Below, piece by piece: positions 24,751 through 32,000 of a DNA stretch of 32,000 bases; within the stretch, counting starts at the first letter, position 1; each line of letters starts with the position of its first letter. The stretch is from Prochlorococcus phage MED4-184. The stretch lies in sequence record JF974286.1, one strand, 5' to 3'. Both the position numbers and the translations under genes were made by a program. The notes beneath the pieces are model-generated. The model saw nothing but the letters and a program-made list of their open reading frames with translations. It was not told where the DNA came from and did no database searches.

Positions 24751-25422
24751 ATGGCTGACGAACCAATCAAACCAAATCCACCTGTAGATACCGCAGCGTT
24801 AATGGCAGAAGTTGAAGCACTCAGAAAAAGTAACAGAGAAATTCTAGACGATTACAAAAAAGCAAAGGAGGCAGCTAAAGCTGTACCGCCAGATGTTGAT
24901 GTAGATGCCTTAATTGCTTTCAAACAGCAAAAAGAGAAAGAAGAATTAGAAGCTAAAGGCAGATATGATGAAGCTATTGCAAAACAGGCTCAACAATACC
25001 GAGAGGCTGAAGAAGCTAAGAACAAAAGAATACAAGAACTAGAAAGCAGACAGAGACAGCTTGAGGTGGAAGCACCAGCGGTAACTGCACTAGCTGATGT
25101 TGTTCACGACCCACAATATGTTCTTTCTCGTATCGACAAAGAGCAATTAGCTAGAGAGACAGATGGAACTGTTGTTGTAGTTGATGGCTATAATAGAACA
25201 CCTGTAAAAGAATGGGCTATGTCAAAAATGCCAGCTTGGGTACAAAAGAATCCAAGGCCACAGGGAGGAGGAGCAACAACAACTAAAGTTCAAACAGAAA
25301 GTATTGCAGCTGGTGAAAAGAATCCATTTGCCAAAGAATCTTTCAACCTTACAGAGCAAAGTAGGTTATTTAGAACAGACATAAATAAATATAATATGCT
25401 CAAAAACGCAGTTAGCGGTTAG
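24751..25422 (+). CDS. Scaffold-like head assembly protein
   Basis: Central coiled-coil (QQKEKEELEAKGRYDEAIAKQAQQYREAEEAKNKRIQELESRQRQLEVE) directly upstream of the major capsid gene. Confidence 0.7.
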   Translation: MADEPIKPNPPVDTAALMAEVEALRKSNREILDDYKKAKEAAKAVPPDVDVDALIAFKQQKEKEELEAKGRYDEAIAKQAQQYREAEEAKNKRIQELESRQRQLEVEAPAVTALADVVHDPQYVLSRIDKEQLARETDGTVVVVDGYNRTPVKEWAMSKMPAWVQKNPRPQGGGATTTKVQTESIAAGEKNPFAKESFNLTEQSRLFRTDINKYNMLKNAVSG

Positions 25423-25490
25423 TATAGTAACAACGTGGTTGTGCTACGTCAGAGGTTGTGCCTCGAAGTAAACATATTTATTAAATTCTA

Positions 25491-26528
25491 ATGGCGACAT
25501 TACGCAGTGATTTAATAATTCCTGAGGTGTTTACTCCCTACTTAATCGAAGCTACAACTCAAACTGACAGCTTCCTACAAAGTGGGGTAGTACAACCTTT
25601 GGCAGAATTGAATCTATCCGCAGAAAGAGGCGGAGACTTTGTAAAGATACCTTTCTACAAAGCTAACTTAACTGGAGATTTTGAAGTTTTAACAGACTCA
25701 ACATCATTAACACCAGCAAAGATTACAGCTGATAACCAAATTGCAGCTGTACTTCATAGAGGTCGTGCATTCAGTTCACGTGACTTAGCTGCTCTTGCAG
25801 TTGGTGGCGGTGTTGATCCAATGGCTGCTATTGCTCAGAAGATGGCGGCATACGTCAACAACCAAAAGCAAAAGGATTTATATTCTTGCTTAACTGGTGC
25901 ATTTGGATCTATCAATGCTAACGATAGTAATTCAGCATTATTTGCTTTAACTATTGATTCAGAGTCTGGTGATTCTCCTACAACTTTAAGCCCTAGACAC
26001 GTTGCTAAAGCACAATCTTTACTAGGCGATCAGGGTGGTAAGTTAACAGCCGTTGCAATGCATTCAAAAGTCTTTTATGACTTAGTAGAGAGAAATGCTA
26101 TTGATCGTATCTACGATAATACAGGCGCTCCTGATACAGCGGCAGCTTCAGGTAGCACAACAAGAGCATTTGATGGACCCACAGCTGTAAATACATTCAT
26201 GGGTCTAAATGTAATCGTTTCTGACGATATACCTACAACAGGTTCTGGCTCTTCAACTGAGTACTCTACTTTCTTCTTTACTCAGGGAGCAGTAGTTACT
26301 GGAGAGCAGGCACCAATCAGAACACAAACTGATAGAGATATTCTTGCTTTGGAAGAAGCAATGGCAGTGGATCTCCACTACATTTATCATCCAGTAGGTC
26401 TTAAGTACGCTGTTTCAACTGTCAATCCTAATAGATCTGTATTAGAGACTGTTGCATCATGGTCGAAAGTGTATGAGACAAAGAACATCGGTATTGTTCG
26501 CGCTACAAACGTATCTAATCAGGATTAA
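25491..26528 (+). CDS. Major capsid protein
   Basis: 345 aa; 'LIIPEVFTPYLIEATTQTDSFLQSGVV...', 'AVAMHSKVFYDLVERNAID', 'GLNVIVSDDIP'; position after scaffold. Confidence 0.88.
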   Translation: MATLRSDLIIPEVFTPYLIEATTQTDSFLQSGVVQPLAELNLSAERGGDFVKIPFYKANLTGDFEVLTDSTSLTPAKITADNQIAAVLHRGRAFSSRDLAALAVGGGVDPMAAIAQKMAAYVNNQKQKDLYSCLTGAFGSINANDSNSALFALTIDSESGDSPTTLSPRHVAKAQSLLGDQGGKLTAVAMHSKVFYDLVERNAIDRIYDNTGAPDTAAASGSTTRAFDGPTAVNTFMGLNVIVSDDIPTTGSGSSTEYSTFFFTQGAVVTGEQAPIRTQTDRDILALEEAMAVDLHYIYHPVGLKYAVSTVNPNRSVLETVASWSKVYETKNIGIVRATNVSNQD

Positions 26529-26530
26529 TT

Positions 26531-26896
26531 ATGTCTTCATTATTTGACGTAACAGCTGGATCACTTATTGGTCCAACTACAGGCGGCACTGTAACTCAGG
26601 CTACTAACAAAGGAACTGGTGTAACTCTGAATACTCAGAGTGGACAAATCACAATGAATAATGCTGCATTAGCAGATGCCGCTGAAGTATCTTTTACAGT
26701 TACTAACAGCAAAATTGCTGCTACAGATGTTGTCGTTGCTTGTCATGGTTCCGCTGGAACTGCAGGCGCTTACATTGTAAGTGCTAATGGCATTGCTGCT
26801 GGATCATTCAAGATCACAGTTTCTAATGTTTCTGGTGGTTCACTAAGTGAAGCTATTGTTATTAACTTTGTTGCTCTCAAGGGTGCATCAAGCTAA
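26531..26896 (+). CDS. Candidate head decoration or beta-rich structural protein
   Basis: 121 aa beta-rich sequence immediately after MCP. Confidence 0.5.
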   Translation: MSSLFDVTAGSLIGPTTGGTVTQATNKGTGVTLNTQSGQITMNNAALADAAEVSFTVTNSKIAATDVVVACHGSAGTAGAYIVSANGIAAGSFKITVSNVSGGSLSEAIVINFVALKGASS

Positions 26897-27033
26897 TGGC
26901 TATGTACGCATTTAGGCGTATGAGAGAGAGAAATGAAGCTGCTGCAAAGGCGGCTTCTCTCACTCCTACTATTGAAAAGCCAAAAACCAAACCAAAGCCC
27001 AAAAAGGTAAAACTAAATGGCGATAACACTTGA
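26896..27033 (+). CDS. Small basic protein (45 aa), not in ORF track
   Basis: Manual translation: MAMYAFRRMRERNEAAAKAASLTPTIEKPKTKPKPKKVKLNGDNT*; overlaps neighbours on both sides. Confidence 0.5.
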   Translation: MAMYAFRRMRERNEAAAKAASLTPTIEKPKTKPKPKKVKLNGDNT

Positions 27034-27577
27034 TGCTACTGTTGGCGGTGCTAACGCAAACACCTATATAACTCTCGCTGATGCTAATTCTTTTATTGAG
27101 GGTCTAATCCTTAGTGATGATACCGCAGCTTGGGACGGCTCAAGCAATGACAATAAAAATCGTGCCTTGTTTACAGCAGCCCAAAGAATTGACAGAGAAA
27201 AGTTTTTAGGAGCTAGGGTAGCTGATACCCAAGCTTTAGAGTGGCCTAGATCGGGTGTAAGGAAACCAGATACATACACCAACTTGTATGGCTTATCATT
27301 TCCTAACAGATTAGTCGCAGATTACTACCTCGATACTGAAATACCAGATAGGGTCAAACACGCTCAAGTAATATTGGCTGTTTATCTGAACAACAATAGG
27401 AACGGATTAGAACTAAGTGGGTTAGAAGATTTTGCCGCTGTAAGTATTGGTAATATAAATGTAACTCCTAGATTTTATGGAGCTGTGGGCATTGATCGAA
27501 TACCGCCAATCGTTGACCACTATCTAATGGGTATTAGAATAGGCGGAAGAGCAAACTTATCAATTAAGAGGTCATGA
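27017..27577 (+). CDS. Head-tail connector / DnaT-like phage protein
   Basis: 'TYITLADANSFIEG', 'NRALFTAAQRIDREKFLGARVADTQALEWPRSG' is typical of the connector-position DnaT_2-like family. Confidence 0.7.
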   Translation: MAITLDATVGGANANTYITLADANSFIEGLILSDDTAAWDGSSNDNKNRALFTAAQRIDREKFLGARVADTQALEWPRSGVRKPDTYTNLYGLSFPNRLVADYYLDTEIPDRVKHAQVILAVYLNNNRNGLELSGLEDFAAVSIGNINVTPRFYGAVGIDRIPPIVDHYLMGIRIGGRANLSIKRS

Positions 27578-27819
27578 AAATGGGTTACGGCTATGAGTAT
27601 CCAGCAGCAATTATTATTACCGATACAAGCGCCCATACAGGCAGATTTGGTAAGGTACATTGCTTAACAGATGCAGAAGCAACATTTGTAGCAGAAAATA
27701 TTACAGAAAATGGATCAGCTACTATTAACGGCATCACAATGAAAGCTTCGTCTGAAGTTTGTGGTGTTATTACAAGTATCACTCTCGCAAGTGGTCAAGT
27801 TATTGCTTATTTTTTATGA
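27574..27819 (+). CDS. Small structural or hypothetical protein (81 aa)
   Basis: 'VHCLTDAEATFVAENITENGSATINGITMKASSEVCGVITSITLASGQVIAY' looks like a small beta-rich phage protein. Confidence 0.6.
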   Translation: MKMGYGYEYPAAIIITDTSAHTGRFGKVHCLTDAEATFVAENITENGSATINGITMKASSEVCGVITSITLASGQVIAYFL

Positions 27820-28169
27820 GTCTTGCTAAAGCACTAAAAAAAGCTGCCAGCGCTTCACTAAAAAAACTTGGAGGTGATGTGACTATCAGACAGGTCACAG
27901 CAGGGGCTTACAATACTACTACTGGAGCTATAACAGAGTCTACATCTGATACAACTATTAAAGGTGCATTAAGTAATGTTTCAAAGAATCAGGTGAACGA
28001 TCTGATCGAGTCACAAGACAAACTGCTAACTATATCTGCTGGTGATCTTACATTTGCACCCACAACAAAGGATAGAGTGGTAATAAGTAGCGTAGAATTC
28101 AAAATTATTCAAGTTATTGTAAATGAGCAGAATAATACACCAGTTAGTTTTGATCTTATCTTGAGGTAA
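27816..28169 (+). CDS. Head-closure/adaptor-like protein
   Basis: MSLAKALKKAASASLKKLGGDVTIRQVTAGAYNTTTGAITE...; the ATG at 27816 overlaps the previous stop. Confidence 0.6.
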   Translation: MSLAKALKKAASASLKKLGGDVTIRQVTAGAYNTTTGAITESTSDTTIKGALSNVSKNQVNDLIESQDKLLTISAGDLTFAPTTKDRVVISSVEFKIIQVIVNEQNNTPVSFDLILR

Positions 28170-28170
28170 T

Positions 28171-28623
28171 ATGGCCAGACAAATTTCTATCTTGCAAATC
28201 CCAAAGGTAATGGAGGAATCTGTAGAAATTTTGGTACAGGCAACTACTTTAGAATGGACAGCCAGAGTAAAAAAGGCAACACCTGTTTTTTCTTTAGATA
28301 ATTACCCTGATCTGGATTCTATACCTAACTTTTTTACATTACCCAATGGTAAAGTAGTTCCATTTAAAAAATCTTTATTAGATCATGGAGCTGGTGGTGT
28401 ACTACGTGGAGCATGGCAGACACAGATAAAAAAGTTTAGCGGAGTTGTATCAAACAACTTACCTTATGCAGAGCCAGTTTGTTTTGGACAAAATTTACCA
28501 GAATCATGGGGCAATAAATATAGAACAAGACAAAATACAGTAGCTGGTTTTCCAGAATTGATTGCTAAAGATTTAAAAAGTTGGGCTGAAGGGGAATACA
28601 ACAAGATCAAAGGTGCAATATAA
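28171..28623 (+). CDS. HK97 gp10-like tail completion protein (candidate)
   Basis: 150 aa; 'VLRGAWQTQIKKFSGVVSNNLPYAEPVCFGQNLPESWG...' and synteny. Confidence 0.6.
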   Translation: MARQISILQIPKVMEESVEILVQATTLEWTARVKKATPVFSLDNYPDLDSIPNFFTLPNGKVVPFKKSLLDHGAGGVLRGAWQTQIKKFSGVVSNNLPYAEPVCFGQNLPESWGNKYRTRQNTVAGFPELIAKDLKSWAEGEYNKIKGAI

Positions 28624-29045
28624 TGGCTGCTACAGATTTAAACACAGTTAGATCAACAATAGAGGCTAGATTAGCAACAGAACTAGCCAGCAGCCCCGCC
28701 ATTCCTGTTGTTTTTAACAATATGACGTTTGACTCTACTGCTGAAGATACCTTTGTACAGTGCATTACAAGCTTTGGTACAAACACTTATTTAACTCAGG
28801 GTGGTGCTACTGATTCAGATAATCTAATAAGTGGTTTAGTCTTACTGAATGTTTTTACAGAAGAAGGACTAGGGGCAGGGTCAAATCTTACAATTTGCAA
28901 AAGGCTTAGGGACTTATACAATAGAATTACAGTATCAAGTGTTATTTTTGATGCACCTATTGGTCCCGAAATACTAAATTCGAGTCCACAAGGTAAGTTT
29001 CAAACCCAAATTAGAATAACATTTTCAATCTACGAGGATCTTTAA
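28623..29045 (+). CDS. Tail terminator-like protein
   Basis: 140 aa; 'TDLNTVRSTIEARLATELASSPAIPVVFNN', 'QTQIRITFSIYED', syntenic position before the tail tube. Confidence 0.65.
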   Translation: MAATDLNTVRSTIEARLATELASSPAIPVVFNNMTFDSTAEDTFVQCITSFGTNTYLTQGGATDSDNLISGLVLLNVFTEEGLGAGSNLTICKRLRDLYNRITVSSVIFDAPIGPEILNSSPQGKFQTQIRITFSIYEDL

Positions 29046-29047
29046 AC

Positions 29048-29200
29048 ATGGCTAAACTTGTTATTACAGACGAAATGCTAGATGCTATCGAAGCAGTCAA
29101 AGGAGTAAGAGATGGACAAATGTGGGATCCAAACTGTAAAAGATACATGGAGAGTCAACAAAATTCTAAAAAAGATGTAAAAAACTCCGAAAAGAGTTAA
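29048..29200 (+). CDS. Small hypothetical protein (50 aa), not in ORF track
   Basis: Manual translation: MAKLVITDEMLDAIEAVKGVRDGQMWDPNCKRYMESQQNSKKDVKNSEKS*. Confidence 0.5.
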   Translation: MAKLVITDEMLDAIEAVKGVRDGQMWDPNCKRYMESQQNSKKDVKNSEKS

Positions 29201-29229
29201 TATATTTGTAAATCTTTCTTTTTTTTGTC

Positions 29230-29649
29230 ATGGCAGCTCTTAAAGGCGACAGTGGTAAGGTTATGTTCCATAACGCGGCTGGTACTGAAGCCGATATATC
29301 AGGAACTAGATCTTGGTCATTATCAGTTTCAAAGGATACTTTAGAAACTACAGTACAAGGTAATACATCTAAAACTTTTATCGGTGGTCTTATATCTGGT
29401 GAAGGATCAGCAGAATTGATTTATGACAATGCTGGTAACACAGACTATTTAGCTTTTGTTGAAGATATATTAACAACTGGTGATGCTGGAGACGCATTAT
29501 TTGAATTATTCCCTGATAGTTCAGCTAGTTCTAAGAAATTAGCTTTTTCTGGAATCATTACTAGCGCTGAATATGGGGCAACACTTGGGGAAACACAGTT
29601 AATAAACATTTCCTTTATAACAACTGGTGCAATAACTTCAGACATATAG
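29230..29649 (+). CDS. Major tail (tube) protein
   Basis: 139 aa; 'ALKGDSGKVMFHNAAGTEADISGTRSWSLSVSKDTLETT...' typical phage tail tube pattern. Confidence 0.8.
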   Translation: MAALKGDSGKVMFHNAAGTEADISGTRSWSLSVSKDTLETTVQGNTSKTFIGGLISGEGSAELIYDNAGNTDYLAFVEDILTTGDAGDALFELFPDSSASSKKLAFSGIITSAEYGATLGETQLINISFITTGAITSDI

Positions 29650-29677
29650 TAAATTAAGATTATCTCGCACTTAATTT

Positions 29678-30031
29678 ATGGCAGAAAAAAGAACCCTCGA
29701 CCTTTTAAAGGAGTCGTTTGACCTCTCCAAAAGGCGCAAATTTGACGTTACAGATGATAATGGTAATGTTGTGGTCAGTTTATATTTTAAGGCCATCACA
29801 AGGGCTGATAGAGCCAGAGCAACGCAAAGGGCTGGAAGTGATGACCCATTAATAGTTTCTACACATATGCTTTGTCAGTTGGCAGAAAAAGAAGATGGTA
29901 CAAAAGCATTTCACCCAGCAGATTTTGCTAACTTGCAAAATGAGTTGCCAGAAAATGTATTAAATGAGATTGAATTATTTTTATTTGGTGTAAATCAAAA
30001 CGCAAATATTGATAACGCAAAGGAATCCTAA
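29678..30031 (+). CDS. Tail assembly chaperone, upstream (G-like) part
   Basis: 117 aa between tail tube and tape measure; 'SFDLSKRRKFDVTDDNGNVVVSLYFKAITRADRARATQRAG'. Confidence 0.7.
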   Translation: MAEKRTLDLLKESFDLSKRRKFDVTDDNGNVVVSLYFKAITRADRARATQRAGSDDPLIVSTHMLCQLAEKEDGTKAFHPADFANLQNELPENVLNEIELFLFGVNQNANIDNAKES

Positions 30032-30213
30032 AGGGGGATAACTGGTTAAATTTTGAGTTTTTCCTTGCAACAGAATTAGGTAAGACAGTTAGTGAATTGA
30101 GAACACAACTCACAGAAGAAGAGTTGATATTTTTTGCTGGATATTATGAATTAAAGTATGATAGAGAAAAAAAAGAAGCAGATGCAATCAAGCGTAAATC
30201 AAGATATAGTTAA
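30016..30213 (+). CDS. Tail assembly chaperone, downstream (T-like) part, probably reached by -1 frameshift
   Basis: Open -1 frame 30016-30213: RKGILKGDNWLNFEFFLATELGKTVSELRTQLTEEELIFFAGYYELKYDREKKEADAIKRKSRYS*; no ATG and no in-frame start before the conserved-looking region. Confidence 0.65.
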   Translation, partial: RKGILKGDNWLNFEFFLATELGKTVSELRTQLTEEELIFFAGYYELKYDREKKEADAIKRKSRYS

Positions 30214-30231
30214 AGGAGTTATTGTTTAGTC

Positions 30232-32000
30232 GTGGCAGTTTCTAATGTAGAACTAAGAGTTAATGCCACACAAGCTGTCACAGCGTTAAAGAATGTTGAT
30301 GGACAGGCCAAGAAATTTAATACAACTATTAGCGGTACAAGTGGCAAGCTAAAAGCAACTACAGGAAGTTTAAAAGTATTACCCGCAGCTTTTAATGCTA
30401 CAGGAACCTCTGCAAAAGGTGCTGCTGCTGGTATTGGTTTAGCTGGAAAATCATTAGTTGCTTTTTTGGGACCAATAGCTGGATTCACTACAGCCATAGG
30501 GGCTGTTATAAAAGTAGTAGGAAATTTAGCTGCAGCTGATTTTGCAAGCGCAAAAGTCAAAACTTTAGGAGTTGACGCAGATGTTTTAAAACCTAAATTA
30601 GCAAGTTTATCCAATGAGCTAAGTGGTCAGGTCTCACAACTTGCTTTGTTATCAGCTTCCTATGACGTAGCATCTGCTGGTTTTGGGGAGGTTTCCCAAT
30701 TAACAGATGTATTAAAAGCTTCACAATTAGGTGCTACTGGGGGTTTCTCTGATCTAGCTACAGTTGCTGATGCCACTACCTCTGTACTTAATGCCTATGG
30801 GCTGGAATCAGACAAAGCCGCAAAGTTAATTGATGGATTCATTCAGACTCAAAATGATGGTAAAATTGTTGTAGACCAATACGCACAACAGATAGGTCGA
30901 CTTGCACCTATAGCAGCTGGTGCTGGTGTAGGTATTGATGAACTCAACGCTGCAATATCTACTGTTACTGCTACTGGTGTTCCAGTTGAATCTACCTTTG
31001 CTGGACTACGACAAGTTATTGCTTCAATACAAAAACCGACAAGTGAAGCTGCAAAAGCGGCAGAAAAACTTGGAATAGATTTTAGTGCTACTGCTTTAAA
31101 GACTAAAGGACTCAGTGGTGTATTAGCAGAAGTTGTAGAGAAAGGTGGCGCAAGTGAAGAGACACTAGCATTATTATTTGGCTCTGTCGAGGCAAGGACA
31201 GCAATATTACCTTTATTGAACGATCAGTTAGTAACCTTCAATAAAAACTTAGAAAACCAAGCAGAGGCTCAGGGAGTAGCTGCCAGAGCTGCTTTTGAAG
31301 CACAGAACACTATACAAGGACAACTTACTAGATTAGGCTCTGCATTTACAAATCTGACAACAGAAGGCTCTGAGTTTGGAATTATTATTAGAGAATCTCT
31401 TAAAGTAGCCGCAGTTACAGTTGAGGCTTTAGGGGTTGCATTTAAAATAGTTTTGGCACCAGTTAGAGCCGTTAGTGCAGCCGTAGGTCAAATAGGAAAG
31501 ATAATAGGAGAGTCACTAGGGATAGATGGAACTAATGCATTGTTTAGTCTTGAACAAGGTTGGATAGGAATAAAAGAAGCAATAACAGAGGCCTCAGATA
31601 GGGCTGTTTTTATTGGTAAAGTGATCGGTGGTGTAATAGGTAACTCAATTAAAGTTGTTGCTGCTTTTATTAATGGTGTAAGAACAAAAGTGGCAAATTT
31701 AGCTCAAGGTATTGTCGATTTCTTTAGGCAAGCATTTGAAAAAATTGTAAACCTTATACCTGAACCACTTAGAAAACTACTTGGAGGTCTTGAGCTACCT
31801 GAAATAGATTTAAAAATCAAAGGTATTAAAGAATTTGGTAAAGGATTTTTAAAAGGAGCCAAAGAAAATTTAGACAGATTGAAAGAGGGTGTACTTGAGT
31901 TTTCTGGTATTGAGAAAACAATTACAGATGAAAATAACAAACAGCTAGACGCTAAAAACAAAATAGTTGACGCAACTGGACTGATTAAAAAGAAAGTAGA
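30232..32000 (+). CDS. Tail tape measure protein (partial, open at the right edge)
   Basis: GTG start 30232: VAVSNVELRVNATQAVTALKNVDGQAKKFN...; central 'FGEVSQLTDVLKASQLGATGGFSDLATVADATTSVLNAYG...' matches TP901-type TMPs; continues past the window. Confidence 0.85.
   Translation, partial: MAVSNVELRVNATQAVTALKNVDGQAKKFNTTISGTSGKLKATTGSLKVLPAAFNATGTSAKGAAAGIGLAGKSLVAFLGPIAGFTTAIGAVIKVVGNLAAADFASAKVKTLGVDADVLKPKLASLSNELSGQVSQLALLSASYDVASAGFGEVSQLTDVLKASQLGATGGFSDLATVADATTSVLNAYGLESDKAAKLIDGFIQTQNDGKIVVDQYAQQIGRLAPIAAGAGVGIDELNAAISTVTATGVPVESTFAGLRQVIASIQKPTSEAAKAAEKLGIDFSATALKTKGLSGVLAEVVEKGGASEETLALLFGSVEARTAILPLLNDQLVTFNKNLENQAEAQGVAARAAFEAQNTIQGQLTRLGSAFTNLTTEGSEFGIIIRESLKVAAVTVEALGVAFKIVLAPVRAVSAAVGQIGKIIGESLGIDGTNALFSLEQGWIGIKEAITEASDRAVFIGKVIGGVIGNSIKVVAAFINGVRTKVANLAQGIVDFFRQAFEKIVNLIPEPLRKLLGGLELPEIDLKIKGIKEFGKGFLKGAKENLDRLKEGVLEFSGIEKTITDENNKQLDAKNKIVDATGLIKKKV

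Noticed and set aside
30219-31961. Minus ORFs 30219..30614 and 31704..31961
   Set aside because: Antisense to the tape measure, which is open from the GTG at 30232 to the window edge.
1-32000. Searched by eye for CRISPR arrays, tRNA genes, integrase, transposases and reverse transcriptase
   Set aside because: None could be recognised; no regularly spaced repeats or cloverleaf-like sequence seen. A tool-based scan (tRNAscan-SE, CRISPR finder, HMM search) would be needed to exclude them firmly.

Overview
The window is almost entirely phage genome, about 68 tightly packed genes with many ATGA start/stop overlaps. It looks like a siphovirus-type tailed phage. Several small proteins resemble ones I associate with marine picocyanobacterial phages, but that host guess is inference. 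Order, left to right: end of a tail or host-recognition protein and a tail fibre; small membrane proteins; a leftward block of signal-peptide proteins; a leftward recombination/early block (HTH protein, candidate single-strand annealing protein, ParB/sulfiredoxin-fold-like protein, PDDEXK exonuclease); a divergent control region; rightward small early genes; a leftward RusA-like resolvase; a replication-like protein; a coupled ParB / FkbM methyltransferase / Fe(II)-2OG oxygenase cassette; TerS, TerL, portal and MuF protein with a C-terminal HEMGH zincin-like motif; seven tiny basic proteins; scaffold-like protein, major capsid, connectors, tail tube, tail assembly chaperone with a frameshift-like second ORF, and the start of the tape measure. 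The best candidates for something new are the 15814-17914 cassette, a multi-hairpin RNA-like element at 13799-13914, the MuF-zincin fusion, and the run of tiny basic proteins. Several small ORFs missing from the supplied ORF track were read by hand. All family assignments come from sequence motifs, with no database search.
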